The notes: generated by a model not told the origin, from the letters alone. DNA of 63,512 bases, filler included, from Calcarisporiella thermophila CBS 279.70 (GCF_041956535.1; 12 parts of 11 records of this genome joined end to end with filler, not necessarily neighbours in it); one strand, 5' to 3'; positions 11,157-24,948 are shown, numbered from the whole stretch's first letter. A program made the numbers and translations.

Positions 11157-13785
11157 TTACTTTTTCTTCTTTTGACGGTTGATGTGTGCCCGCAACTGGA
11201 TCTGAATAAGAAATAAGTTAGCGCCAATGAGTGCAAAATGGGATTAAAGGGGTTGGATTCTTACCTGCTTGTCCCGTAGTGACATTTTCTTCTTCGACAT
11301 AATGGATCTCTTGTGGATCACCATCATAAAAGCTTTGTTCTTTGCCTTTTCCTTGTTTGTTGTCGAGCCACGATCCTCCTTACCCTTGCGAGATCCATAT
11401 TTCTCTCTTCCTTCTCTTCCCGCCATAATGGAGGCTATACGCTCATCATAGTCTGCCTTGGCCTTCTTACGGTATCCAATAATGGTGCTTTCATCCACAA
11501 AGTCGGGGTCCTTTTCCCCTTGTAGTGATTTGTCGTCGCGCTTACGCTTACTAGAACTAGTTCCCATGGCTTGATCGATGGTCTGTTTGGTTCGCAGTTC
11601 ATTAAGTAATGCAAAGTCTTGGGGTGTAAGAATTTTCGACATGGCAATCTGCTTGGCGGCCTCGCGGCGTGCCTCTTCTTCGGCACGACGCTGTGCCTCC
11701 TCCTCTGGGGTGAGTTTGTTCTCGTCCGCCTCTTGTTTCTTATTTTTCGACGACGATCCCTCATTTTCATCGTCGCTAAGATGGATGTCGTCGTCGTCCG
11801 AGGATACATTAATCCACTCCCCATCGGAGGATTCTGATACTGACGCAACCTCCCATTCATCCCAATTGTCTTTAATAAGGTGGGAAAAGCTAAGTAAAGG
11901 GACAAAATATGTGAATCGGCGGATAAACTTACCCTCTCCATCCTCTTCTCCGTTTTCTTTCTTGAGCTGTTCCTTATACTCTTCCAGCAGCTCAAGGCCT
12001 TCAATACCTTCTGCAGCACGCTTCTCTCCAAACTGTGGTGTTCGCCACTCTTTCATTCCCATGGACACCGCTTTGCCACGATCACGCTTCTTAAGCAGCT
12101 CAGGGTTGACTTCCCGGAATAATCCGATCAACGATCTTGCCGCCATCATTACTCCCTTGTCTCGGCTGCTCTTATATTCGGTCAGATCCTGGAGCAACTC
12201 AGCAGTCATTGCCAATGGGCATCGTGCACAGATCTCACGAATGCCGTTTAGACTATAGATTTTGAAACGAGTTAAATATCTGCAGCCACTTTCCAGAGTT
12301 CATATTATCCACAATTGCTTACCCTGCAGCCATGACCTCGTTGGCGCAATGTTCTGTCACAAAATTATTAGCAATGGCTTTGACAATGGGCTCAAGCTCT
12401 TCCGGAGGTACTAGTTCGTGCGCGCTTTGTGCGACAATGGCGAGAATCAGAGTCACGTCACGCTGATGAGGTTGTAGGTAGCGAACCACAAAGGAGTAGA
12501 AACTTAGCAACGAAAGCTTATGTACGCCGATGACACGAGAGATTAGGTTCATCGTCATGAGTTTGACCTCGAATCGGTCGTTAGATTTGTTGAGTTTGGT
12601 GAAAAGTTTCTCGGCAAATCCTGAAGTAATCGACAAAATGATAAATATGAAAAAGTAAATGGATAGGAAACCCTTATTTGATTTACCTTGCGGATCATTC
12701 ATCAAATGAAGAGCAGAAAAGTTAAATGTCTCAGCCTTGGTTGAGCCTTTTTGTTTCTATATCAAGGCAGAAAAAAAATAAAATAACAAGAGTCTAAGAA
12801 ATCACCTCATCATCAAGACAGCAAAATATTTTTTTTACCTTTTTGATCGTCGCCAAAGCCTTTTCATACTTCTTTGCTTTTGATCTTGTCTTCTTGCCGT
12901 GCTGGTTTTTGTGCTGGAGACCTTTGATATCGGGAAGATTCTATGAGTAGAGAAAATTATTATCAGGTAAATAGATGAGCAAGAATTTAGGCCCAACATA
13001 CCTCGTCATCCGATTCCTCCTCCTGATCTTCATTGGTGCCCAAAAAGAACTTCATCGCTGTCACGTAAATCTTGGTGACCGGTGCGAAACAAGCCTCCGC
13101 GATAATATTCACCGTCTTTGCGTCATTCCATACATTCTTGCGATAGAGCTCCACACAAACGTCCAAACTCTTCTTTGCTGCTACGGCACTTTCGCTATCG
13201 GTTGCGGATTGAAGCATAGTATACATAAACGATTGAAGTGTGCGATTAAGTTTGTTATTCTTATGTTTGGCGTTGGTATTGCGAATGTCGTTGACGATAT
13301 GGGTATAGAGGATATCACGAAGAGATTTGTCTCTGCAGCGGAAAAGCACAAAGAATAGCGACAGCAAGCTAGGTAGGAGTAAGCACGTTAGGGCGATTCG
13401 TAAGCTTTTTCGAAATGACTAGAATAAGTTACCTCGTGCTAGATATAATATCTCTGTTTCGCAGAAGAATCAATGCATTGACAAGGCACTTCCTCAACTC
13501 ATGATTCAAAATTGCATAGTGTTGCTGAAGTAGATCCATAATCTGCTGCGGGAATGCGGCACAATCTTCCGGGTAGCAAGGAGCGACTTGGGAAATAAAT
13601 GTTACCAGTTCGCCAAACTCGCGTGCTTCCTCGCTAGGCTTGAGCTGAAAAATGGCGAGGCTGGATTCATAATGACGCAGCTGCTGGATGAATTCATCTT
13701 TGTAGGAGGTGGGATCGCGCTTGATCAGATTCTGGAGCTGAGGAATATTAGTGGGGAGCAGAGCTGCTCTGTTACGTTTCCCCAT
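11157..13785 (-). CDS. SDA1: Ribosome biogenesis protein SDA1, multi-exon
   Basis: [62 protein letters not shown]; last exon [14 protein letters not shown]. Confidence 0.93.
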
Positions 13786-14036
13786 TATCGCAAGATATAT
13801 TATATGATGCAATAACGGTCTTGGACAAGCGAAATATTAAATTCAATTTGTTTACTTCTAAGAGGCAATAGACAGTCACACAGCCCAATGCTGATTGATG
13901 TTGACTGTAGTTTGCTCACTATATGACTGTAATCTTAAATTATTTATATTTCTAGCCGCCACCACTTATCGCTGTTCATTTTATTTTTCTCTGGCCAAAG
14001 TTCCCACGATTCTACTCCCATTGCACAGAAATCATA

Positions 14037-14766
14037 ATGGTTGTATCCCACTGCAAACCCACTCAACCGATCACAGTTGGTGTACTTGGTATGCTAGATC
14101 TTCTACATGGTTAAAGGAGGCATTTTCTCATTATTATTGCATTCCGATTTCACAGCTCTCCAAGGTGCTTTCATCGAGCATATTAATGTACTCCGCCAGC
14201 TCCCAGAGGTTAAGTTCGCACTTGCCGTACGAACTCCCGCCGAACTTGAAAATGTCGATGCATTAGTGATCCCTGGAGGCGAATCGACAAGCATGGCCCT
14301 TATCGCGGAGCGTATGGGTATGATGGAGCCGCTACGCAAATTCATCCACTCCGGTAAGCCATGCTGGGGCACTTGCGCTGGAATGATCTTGCTTGCCGAT
14401 GAAGCGACCAGCACGAAAAAGGGGGGACAATCATTAATTGGTGGTCTCCGCATTTCCGTCAACAGAAATCAGTTCGGAAGTCAAAGGGATTCCTTTGAAA
14501 TGGACTTGTCGATCCCGTGCATAGGAGACCAGAAGTTCCATGCTGTATTTATTCGCGCCCCCGTGATTACAGAAATCAAAGATCCGGAGAATGTAGAAGT
14601 ATTAGCAAAGCTGGAACAAGCGGTTGGTCAAACGGCATCAGAGGCTATCGTTGCGGTTAGGCAAGGTCCACTCATGGCAACTGCGTTCCACCCCGAGCTA
14701 ACGATGGACTCGCGTATGCACCGGTACTTTGTACGAATGGCCCAAGAGTATGTGGCGAAGGTGTGA
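14037..14766 (+). CDS. SNO1: Pyridoxal 5'-phosphate synthase glutaminase subunit (SNO/Pdx2), one intron
   Basis: ITVGVL|ALQGAF, PGGEST, WGTCAG, RNQFGSQ, FIRAP, FHPEL. Confidence 0.93.
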
Positions 14767-14882
14767 GGGCGGAGGACTCCTATTGTATTATAGATGTTTA
14801 GAATGTTCTGGATATTTGGTTTATTATCTACTCTATTACTTGGATTTGCTATCCATCCTTAGAAATTACATATTGAAATATA

Positions 14883-15433
14883 TTATATAATCAAATTATT
14901 AACAGAGCATATGTACATGGCAAGATCAAACTTTACACGCTTCAGCTTCAGTGGAATCGGAACGATGCTGAATCCAACAAATGAAGTCATTAGCAGTGAT
15001 AAGTATCGCCGAATAGAGCCTAACTTACAGTTGACTTTATGATCCGCCCGTTTTCCCTCTTCGACTATCAAGCTGACAATCAGCGCTGCAACGCTCAAAA
15101 ATAATAATACCTTTATGACTCGCATGGCCCACTATAATGGCAGATATTATTAATTAGGAATGTCAGTTCCATCGAGCTCTCAAAATAGTTTCCCACCTCG
15201 AGCAAAGCACATAAGAGACCCCATGTCAGCCACAACACAAACATAATCATCACTATTCTACACCATAGCGGATCAAGACCAATTTGGTTTGAGAAATCTT
15301 CAATATAAGAGGTGATGTGTAGAAGAGGATCAAGTGTTGGAGTTTCCGTAAGCTGAAAAATGCTTAGCGGAACAGCCGAGAGCAATCTTGTGAGATTATG
15401 GAGTGTGAAGTCGCCAAGTGTGTAATTCATCAA
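14883..15433 (-). CDS. Small putative membrane protein, unknown function; exon structure uncertain
   Basis: Two hydrophobic ORF segments (IVMIMFVLWLTWGLL; VLLFLSVAALIVSLIV) separated by a likely intron. Confidence 0.35.
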
Positions 15434-15879
15434 ATGTTAGTGGAGTGAGAAGAAAAAGAGAAGCGTGGTCAACTACTAAGTGATAGAGTGGCCAATTTAG
15501 GAAACAGGAGGTAAGTTCACGGAGCTTGATCAATTGAGGTCTGCAAAATTTGTATGATCCAACTCAATTATAAAAACAAAAAAATGTCAATACTTCAAGA
15601 TTATATATATTAAACAGAAAAGAGAAAAGGAAAAAACAGGCTAAATTCGAAAAATAAAAATCTATTGTGATTTTTTGTCTATAGAAATCAAGTAATTTTT
15701 TATTCCCATTACAACACAAAACTAAGTTAAAGAAAAAAAAGGTATTTTTTTAGAGGGCAGGAACAGCCTTTCCAATTGTNNNNNNNNNNNNNNNNNNNNN
15801 NNNNNNNNNNNNNNNNNNNNNNNTTAATTAATTAANNNNNNNNNNNNNNNNNNNNNNNNNNNNNNNNNNNNNNNNNNNN

Positions 15880-17533
15880 CATGCGAGTAGAGCCAACAGT
15901 GAGCTAAAGACAAGATTTTTGAGGGGCATATTTCCGTTTGATAATTTGCTAGAATGATCACCCGAAAAACAATCCTCTATTTATATTTATTCATATAAGG
16001 TTTATTCGTGATTGAACTTGATGATTTTTTTCCTCCACTTTTGGCCTATTCCCATTGCCGTATTGATTATATGAACAAACGGTAATCAAATGACACTGAG
16101 GTGGTTCTCAACTAATTGCTGACTAAACGCGGCTTGTTTATTTTTACTTTATTGGAAGCGGAATATACTAAACTTTCCGACTAAGTATCCAAGGTTTCTG
16201 TAAGCGAGAATGGTATATGTATTAAAATCTCAGAGTTTGTCACACTAAGTGGCGGCATCAAGAGGTTATCCCATCCGAATCTGCAAAAGTCATCAAGAAT
16301 TCCATAGCATTGCCTACTCTCGTCGCTACTAATACTGTATCCCAGGTTCAAAGTTTTCTGTCATTTATGATTCCCATTCTCTAATATATTTGCCTAAGAT
16401 ACTTTTCTTATTGCCACGTATTCTTCGCATATCCCAATTATTCTAGAAATCTTTGTGTACTGTACGGATGCAGGAGTTCTCCTATAGACTGTCATCGGAT
16501 GAATAAAATCAACGCTACTGATATAGGATGGATTGCAGGGATAAAATATTTCAGATTCTTGAAATAATCTCTATCCTTTGTAACATTAATTATGCAATAA
16601 ATGCGCACAGCCTGATCCAGACCGTGTACCTTGTTAAATAATTTTCCATATTTGTGCAAATTCTCATCCATGTCAAAATACCCTCTCCAACCCCAGTCCC
16701 TAGATATTCTATCTTAAATCTATTTACAACTCAAGGTTATTTATTTAGGTTATGCAAAGTATCAAGTAAGTTATTTTGAATATCCAGTATATAATTATAG
16801 GTTTCGAGATACGAGAGAGTAAACATAGTTTAAATAGAATGGCTCATCTACCCTAGTTGTGCATTAAAGATCAGCTTTGTTGTAGAGGTTTAGATACTTG
16901 AGGTCCTCTCTCGTGTTGCAGTGGATTTCAGCTACTCAAATCTGGGTGCAGGGGTCTTTGGTAAATGGAAAGTAAAGAGGCCATTTGACCTGCAACAAGG
17001 GATGTGAACATAGAGGTGCCTGCGAGATCTATAGATCTTTATCGACCCAATTTGAAACAATCTCCGGTCCAGGAGCGTCAACTTAGGGACCGTGATTAAT
17101 AAAGATATCTTATTTTCCATTGATAAGGGTACCAGCACACGCAGCTCTTCCGACCCGGGTAGAGTATTTTGCAAGCATTGTTATTACTATTTTCGACGGC
17201 AACAGCTAAGTAAAGCCTCGAGTCGATTTCCTGTTCACGAAATCCACTGTGAGTATTATAAGCTCAACAGACAACCATTTTGTGAGGCTTACATTGTTCA
17301 TGGTATCATCCAAGGATCAATACTTTCTATTCGCAAAAGAGCGGTTCACAACAGATTTGACAGGATTATTATGCTCGCTTGATTGGTTGTCCAGTTGAAG
17401 CAGGCAATAACGGAGCTATCGAGGCAAGAATAGTGGGTGAGACCGTGATGGCTCGAGAGTGTGGCTATAGGAGACTTGTTTATCTACACCATTTTCATCC
17501 AGCATCCTCGCTAAAATCAGATTGGCTTTTTTA
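15880..17533. repeat. Tandem segmental duplication, partner of ~19763-21400
   Basis: Collinear similarity in non-coding and coding parts, e.g. ATGCGAGTAGAGCCAACAGTGAGCTAAA and TTCTCAACTAATTGCTGACTAAACGCGGCTT occur in both. Confidence 0.85.
16932..17533 (-). pseudogene. Subtilisin (S8A, proteinase K-like) pseudogene, 3' half only
   Basis: Remnants KKANLI, SVIACFNW and LAGTSMFTSLVAGQMA, with stops and frameshifts. Paralog of 20706-21400. Confidence 0.8.
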
Positions 17534-18356
17534 CTATTGAAACGAGCTAAACTTGAGTTAGTAACCGGCTACTAACTCAAACAAATTGATATAGATAATA
17601 TAAAAATGCGGACATGTGTGCTTTAACGATGATGTTAAACAATCTGGGGGGGGGGGGGAGACTCCTCGGACTTCCACAACTTGTCTAGCTTCATTAAGCT
17701 AGCTAGATTTCTTAAATGTGCTAAGAATGGCATTGCAACAAGAATGGATCAGAATTTTGTGATGGGAGACAACGATACTTCAAACATCAAATGATCAAGC
17801 GCTATTGAAAGGTTTCTCTATGTTCTATATTAGATCGACTCATAATCACAGGAAAAGAGCCCATTCCTTGGGCAGCTATGCGTTTTGACTACAGTATAGC
17901 TCGCTAATTATCGTGCCTAAATTGAGTAAAGCTATAAGGTACAAGGATGCTTCTACGAGGCTAGAAAGGGGATAAGCTATCCAGAAAGAGTTATTCAATT
18001 ATTATTAGATCTTTGACTCCTATCAGGTAGTAGAGGTTAATTTTTGGTTCAGCTTCCAGTAGATATCAAAATGAGAACATAATTATTGATTCCTGTTAGC
18101 ACTGGAGCTATTGGAACCGAAATAAATCCTCCTGTTTCTATTTGTCTAGCTGAGGAGAGCAAGAAGATGACCACTGTCAAGGTGGTGGTTACTTTATGTG
18201 AGCATTTCCTTGATAAATTTGAATTATGGTGCATCGGTCGACATACTGCCTGTGCCCTAATTTCCACTTGGAAATATATCCCCAGGTTTTATTTTAATAT
18301 CAAATACATAGCAATTAAACGTCACAGACGTCTATTCAAACTTCCAATAAAGCCGT

Positions 18357-19476
18357 TTACAGGCCCGAGTCATTGTACACCAAATCACCGCCAGAAATCT
18401 TGGTGGCAATTTGCTTCATGTAGGCGAGCATCGAGGCGGGATCGCGCTGCTTAAGAGCCAAGAAATAAGCGATGAGACCAGCACCGTGGGCAGCAGCAGG
18501 CGACGTTCCTGAGAGAGTATTACTTTTGTTGCCGGGCCAGGCGGAGATGACACTGACTCCGGGAGCGAAGAGGGAAACGCACTTGCCATGATTGCTAAAT
18601 GGCGCCCTCTTATCATTGATATCAGTAGCACCAATGCAGATGGCTTTTGCTGCACTGCATGGAGAGTATTTGCATCCGTCATCGTTCGAACCTCCAGCGC
18701 CTACGGCAATGGGCAACCCAGATTCAACTGCCTTTAGTTTAGGACGAGATAAAAATTCAATATAATGCAACGAAGATGATACTATAAGTACAAACCCTAT
18801 TGACAGCATCATTCAGTGCGTTAGAGGCACCCCCTCCAAGCGGGAGAACCGCGACTGATAAACCACGATTATTTTGCTTGGCATGATTGGCTGCCCAATT
18901 GATACCGGCAACAACATTACTGTTGAGCTACAAATTAGTGAATAGAGCTAGAAAAACTGGTGATTTGATTTGTTACCTTATGCTTGCTGAGCCATTCTTA
19001 TCAAGGACCTTCACGGCAATCAGTTTGGTCTTTTTAGCTGGAGATAGAAAAGGTCTATAGTTCAAGCGGAAACAATGAAATTTTACCAAATCAAAGCCCA
19101 GAGAAACTCACCCACACCATAGGTCTTGCCCCCGACAATACCAGCTACGTGAGTACCATGTCCTAAAAGCCATCGCTTATACGCTCAGCTTGTTTTAAGA
19201 ATATTTAACTCTGCAGACTTACCGTGTAAATCCGAATCTCCATCGTTGGCAAAGGTTGCTCCCCAGCTTGCTCTTCCTTCAAACTCAGGATGCTTTAAAT
19301 CGATGCCAGTGTCAATGACATAACTAGCGGTTCCAGCGCCAGCCTTCGGATCATACACATATCCACCCCTTGTATCAGTTCTTTTGCGGTGCGAGATGCG
19401 CACCAAACCCCAAGGAGCATCGGTTTGGTTGACCATCACATTGATGGATAGGATGCTGTCTGGCTCGATGTATTTT
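18357..19476 (-). CDS. Subtilisin-like serine protease (S8A); 5' end lies in the scaffold gap
   Basis: QTDAPWGLVRIS, VIDTG, spliced GHGTHVAG, SGTSPAAAHGAG. Confidence 0.85.
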
Positions 19477-19500
19477 ACCTAATTTGGAAGAACTTTTTAG

Positions 19501-19761
19501 NNNNNNNNNNNNNNNNNNNNNNNNNNNNNNNNNNNNNNNNNNNNNNNNNNNNNNNNNNNNNNNNNNNNNNNNNNNNNNNNNNNNNNNNNNNNNNNNNNNN
19601 NNNNNNNNNNNNNNNNNNNNNNNNNNNNNNNNNNNNNNNNNNNNNNNNNNNNNNNNNNNNNNNNNNNNNNNNNNNNNNNNNNNNNNNNNNNNNNNNNNNN
19701 NNNNNNNNNNNNNNNNNNNNNNNNNNNNNNNNNNNNNNNNNNNNNNNNNNNNNNNNNNNNN
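19501..19761. other. Scaffold gap with no linker motif
   Basis: 261 N without TTAATTAATTAA. Confidence 0.95.
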
Positions 19762-20705
19762 TATGCGAGTAGAGCCAACAGTGAGCTAAAAACAAGATTT
19801 TTGAGAATCATATTCTCGTTTGATAATTTGCTAGCATGATCGTCCAAGAAACAATGCCCCTATTTATATACATTTATTAGAACTAGTTTTTATGATTGGA
19901 TTTAAGGCTTTCTCTCTCTCTGCTTTTGGCCTATTCCCATTTCCGTATTGATTATATGATCAGAGAGTAGTCAAACGGCACTGAAGTGATTCTCAACTAA
20001 TTGCTGACTAAACGCGGCTTATTTACTTTTACTTTATTGGAAGCAGAGCATACCAAACTTTCCGACCATGTAGCTAAAATTTATTTAGCGGGAATTGCAT
20101 AACATTAAAATTAGAGATTACGTCACCCTAAGTGGCGGTACCAAGAGACGTTCCTTTCCGACCCTCCAGAGGACTGTTTATCGGCAATTCCATAGCGTTG
20201 CTTAGTCTCGCCGGTAATAATAACAAAAAAAAATCTCAATTTCCATGTCCTCTGTCAAATATGACTCCCTCTTCTCCAATATATTTGTCTGAGGCTTTTC
20301 TCTATGCCATATGTCTTTCACATATCCCGATTGTGCTAGAAACCAATAAATATAAGTAATAGGTGTATGAGTTTCTCCTATAGACTCTCATCAGATGCAC
20401 AAAATCAGTAGTACTTATGATGTAAGTTGGATTGCGGGGAAAATGTTTCACATTATTGAAATATTCTCCATCTTCAATTAAGCAATAAATGCAGTCTGTA
20501 TCAGGCCACGTGCCTTATTAAATCATATTCCATTTTTGCCTAACTCCTATTTCATGTCAAAATGCTCCCCCCGACCCCACCAACTTACAACTCAGGGTAA
20601 TTTATTTTACACCATCTATCGATCAATTTACTGTGAATATAGATATGTTTTTAGGCTAGAGAGAATTGAGTACAAATAGAACGATTCGAATTCCTTGACT
20701 ATGCC

Positions 20706-22186
20706 TTAAAGACCAGATTGGTTGTAAAGGATTGGATACTTGGACGCCCCTCGTGTTGCAGTTGATTTTAGATACTCAAGCATGGAAGAAGGATCTCTTG
20801 GTTGTATGGAGAGTAAAACAGCCATTTGCCCTGCAACATGTGGTGTAGACATCGAGGTGCCTGCGAGAGCATTAATACTTCCATTGTTCCAGGTTGAAAC
20901 AATCTCCACTCCAGGAGCATATAGGTCGACGCAACGGCCATAATTGCTAAAGGGTGCCTTATTATCCACTTTATCAACGGAGCCAACGCAGACAGCTCTT
21001 TTAACGTGTGCAGGAGAATACTTGCAAGCATCTTTGTTGTCATTTCCGGCAGCAACAGCAAAGTGCAGCCCCGAGTCGATCGCCTGAACAAGTTCATGCA
21101 ATGAATATTCTAAATGCAGCAGACATCAATTTTGTGAGATTTACATTGTTCACGGCTTCATCTACGGAACGAGACACACCACTCCCAAAGGAGCAGTTCA
21201 CAACTGCTTTGCCACGGTTGTTTTGCTTGGCGTGATTGGTAGTCCAGTTAATGCCAGCAATAACGGAACTATTGAGGTGAGAATAGCGAGTGAGATTGTG
21301 GTGACTCGAGAGCGTAGCTATATGTGTCTTGTTTACCTTAAAGGTCCTGCGCCTTTTTCATCAAGCACCCTCACTGATATCAGATTGGCTTTTTTTGCTA
21401 ACGAAATGCCCCAGGCTTTAGGAACATGTCTGGCTTAAAACAAGACCATTGTACCTACCAACACCATATGTTTTGCTACCAACTATGCCAGCCACATGCG
21501 TGCCATGACCTAAAATACCAACTGAATCGCACATTTGATAGTTTGCAATTCATTTTTCATTTTCTTACCATGAGGATCTCCATCACCACCAGTAGTAAAG
21601 GTTGCACCCCATGTCGCCCGTCCTTCGAACTCTGGATGCTGGATGTGTATGCCAGTGTCGATGACATAGACCGTTGTTCCCTCACCACCTCGGGAGTCGT
21701 ATACATAGTCTTGGGTAGGACTAGTAGTAGCTCGATGCGAAATACGCACTAGATTCCATGGTGCACCTGGTTGGGTGACCATATTAGAAACGGATACTAT
21801 ACCATCGGATTCAACGTATTTGACCTATATATTGGATACGAGTCAGTGAGACTGGAAAGGTCATCGGAATAGAAGCCGCTTACAGAAGGGTTTTGTCGTA
21901 TTTTTCTTAAGGTATCCGCACTAAACTCGCCAGAAAATCCTTTGAAGTTGCCAAGGTCGTACATGTGCTTCACTCCAGACTTGATGTTTTGATCTGATAT
22001 CTCCACGCCACTTCCTTCTTTAAACACCACAATATAGTTGTCCTTCACCGCCTCAATTCCGTTATCAAAGTGAAAGAAAGGGGCCAACCCTTCCTCTTCA
22101 TCCCCGGTTTCTGTCGGAATAGCAAGCGCACAAATAGCTAGAAAACAGGGGAGGAAAAAATATGAAATATATTTTTTCAGAAACAT
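20706..22186 (-). CDS. Secreted subtilisin-like serine protease (signal peptide, I9 propeptide, S8A domain), multi-exon
   Basis: MFLKKY...LAICALA signal peptide, YIVVFK prodomain, DTG / HGTH / AAGN / GTSMS motifs. Confidence 0.92.
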
Positions 22187-23768
22187 TATAATATTAAGGG
22201 TATACGTAGAAGATAGGGACAAGTTCGTGTGGAACAAAATTCGTGTGGAACAAAATTTTATATGTAATTCTCAAGGTCATTATTACTGAATTTTAAGGTT
22301 TAGTCCATCTCATGTAAGTTTCCATTTCTACCATATTGTCCATAGAAACAGCTATGGACCATGCAATATCATTAGCTTTAATGCCTATTGCTTATAGGAC
22401 CTGGGTCTGGTTACATCTGCAGATCAATATTCAACGAAAAAAGCATACGGCTCCTGCATCCACACTTTCCTAAAAGAGCAGAGATTGCTCGAATCCCCAA
22501 TGTATACGGGGATCACTTTATAACGTATGCACCACATGCAGGGAGGTAGAATATTTTCTATTCAAACATCGGAACAGCTTGGCGTTTAAAGATTCTTGCA
22601 ACAGTTGACAGCTTGTGATATTCGTTTTTTTTTTCACTTTCTTTCTATTCTAACTAATGGGCATGATTATGGTTCAGAAAATGCACAGGCATTATCGCCT
22701 AGAATTTGTTTTATTTTTTTTTTTCTCCTGGTTTTGCTCTCAATTTCTACACTGAAGTCATCGATGAGGCATGCGTGAGTTATATGGGTGGAATTCTTTT
22801 TATCTTTATTAAATCGGAAATATATTATTCCATTTTTCTCAAAATAGTATATATACTATCCATTTACGAATTGATTTTTATTGTAGAATCTTTATAACCA
22901 TATTAAAGTTTAATCTACGCAGAGTCAAATTACAAGTTTTGTATTGTTTGGTGTTGGTTATTTATTGTTGTTTTTTGGGGAGCAAACTCTTCTTAATTTT
23001 TTAAACAACCAATATAAGCCCTAAGTTTTCTCTTTTTCTGCTCCACTTTCTAATCATGCTTATTGCAGAGGCTTTTGCATTTCCCAGTAGTACGAGAGCA
23101 GAGCTCATTCTTTAGATTACTCTTTATTCTGTCATGAGTGATGCATCTGAGTGTGTTTATCTTCACAGGTTATGCTCTTATTAAGCACCCCAATTAATGA
23201 ATAAGCAGTGCCCCTTCATGTTTCTTTTCAAGCCCCCCGTGTTGAAAAAGGCATCTATTGTCGAAACGGGATTTCCTTCGGTAATTGGCAAACCAGGCTG
23301 TTCTATATTCAAAGATGAAAGATTATTAAGGTACCTGGCTCTAAAATGCAGCCGTATTAAGGATCGTGCATTAATTAGGTACAGAAGGGAGAAGCCTATG
23401 AACTGTCCGATAGAACCAGCAGCAACGACTGACTAATTCAATTGTCATTTCGATCGAGGAAAATTTTTTAGAAAATGATTTTGTGCGAGAGAGCTATTCG
23501 TCCACCAATGATTCACTAAGTTTATTAACTTGCAACCCAACGCATGGCTTGTACATTCACACAATTTATCCTCAAGAGTTCACTAGTCAAAAACTGTAGA
23601 ATTCCTACTTGAAAATTTCTTTGCATATGTGGCATGTTACTTTAAAAGGAATATCTTGATTGGGCTGGAGGAGAAATAAATTCGAGAATACATAGGAGAG
23701 CATTAAGTTTAAAGAATAATATAAAATTATTATGAAAACTCTTATTCTTTCGACTTTTCCCAGTCGAA

Positions 23769-24848
23769 TCATTGTCCAGGGTTATTATATAATAGTGGAC
23801 ATTCGCGTTCAGGAACACCAATTGGGTTACCAATCAGGACGCGCTTCATCTCGGAAGGCTCTCTTTTCTCAATAGAGAGGAGGTAGGCAATAACGCCAGA
23901 AACATGAGGAGCGGCCACTGAACTGCCGCTGAGAATTTTTGTTTTTCCATCATTCCAAGTGGAGATTATCTCCGCTCCTGGAGCGCACAAATGAATGCAC
24001 CGACCGTAATTGCTAGTGGGGAGTTTTTTTCCAGACCTATCTACGCCAATGACGCTGATAACTTTAGAAGCGCGACCGGGAGAATATTTACAGGAGTCGT
24101 CTCCATGATCACCGGCAGCAACGGCTACGTGCACTCCAGATTCCACTGCCTTTATGAAAAAATTGATATTAATCCTATTTAATGCCAATCGTAATATGTT
24201 TGCATACTTGGTTGACAGCCTCATCTATAGAGTTAGAAGCGCCCCCTACAAGAGATATGTTGATAACCGCTTTACCAGGATGGTTCTGAATTGCATGCTT
24301 TGCCGCCCAATTAATACCAGCAATGACCTCTCTGTCCAGGAAGAAGTTTAGAGACTGGAATCAAATTATGGGAGACATTAAGTATTAATGACCACCTCAG
24401 GTTTCCCTTACCGCTACTATCGAGTACTTTCACTGCAATTAACTTGGTTTTTTTAGCTATAATTGAAATGAATTAAATCAAGTGAAAAATTAATTGTATT
24501 CAAGCTGAAGTAACAGACCAACGCCATATGTCTTGCTTCCAACGATGCCTGCCATGTGCGTACCGTGCCCTATTGGTCATCAAATGGATGCATTCAATGT
24601 AGTTGATAGAGACGAATTGCATGGACCTACCGTGACGATCTAAATCTCCATCAACTGCAAAAGTAGCACCCCAACTCGCTCTTCCTTCAAACTCTGGATG
24701 CTGTATATATATACCTGTATCGATTATATATGCTGCTGTCCCTTCACCCGCACGGGAATCGTATATGTAGCCTTTAGTATTATTAGTCATGGTTCGATGC
24801 GAGATACGCACTAGATTCCAGGGCGCGTCTGTTTGATTGACCTTCCCA
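23769..24848 (-). CDS. Subtilisin-like serine protease (S8A), 5' truncated at contig end
   Basis: [40 protein letters not shown]. Confidence 0.85.
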
Positions 24849-24948
24849 NNNNNNNNNNNNNNNNNNNNNNNNNNNNNNNNNNNNNNNNNNNNTTAATTAA
24901 TTAANNNNNNNNNNNNNNNNNNNNNNNNNNNNNNNNNNNNNNNNNNNN

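Noticed and set aside
11269-12258. Long antisense or alternate-frame ORFs over SDA1 (similar cases over the gypsy element, NRPS and DIRS gag)
   Set aside because: Shadow ORFs of real coding sequence with biased composition and no motifs.
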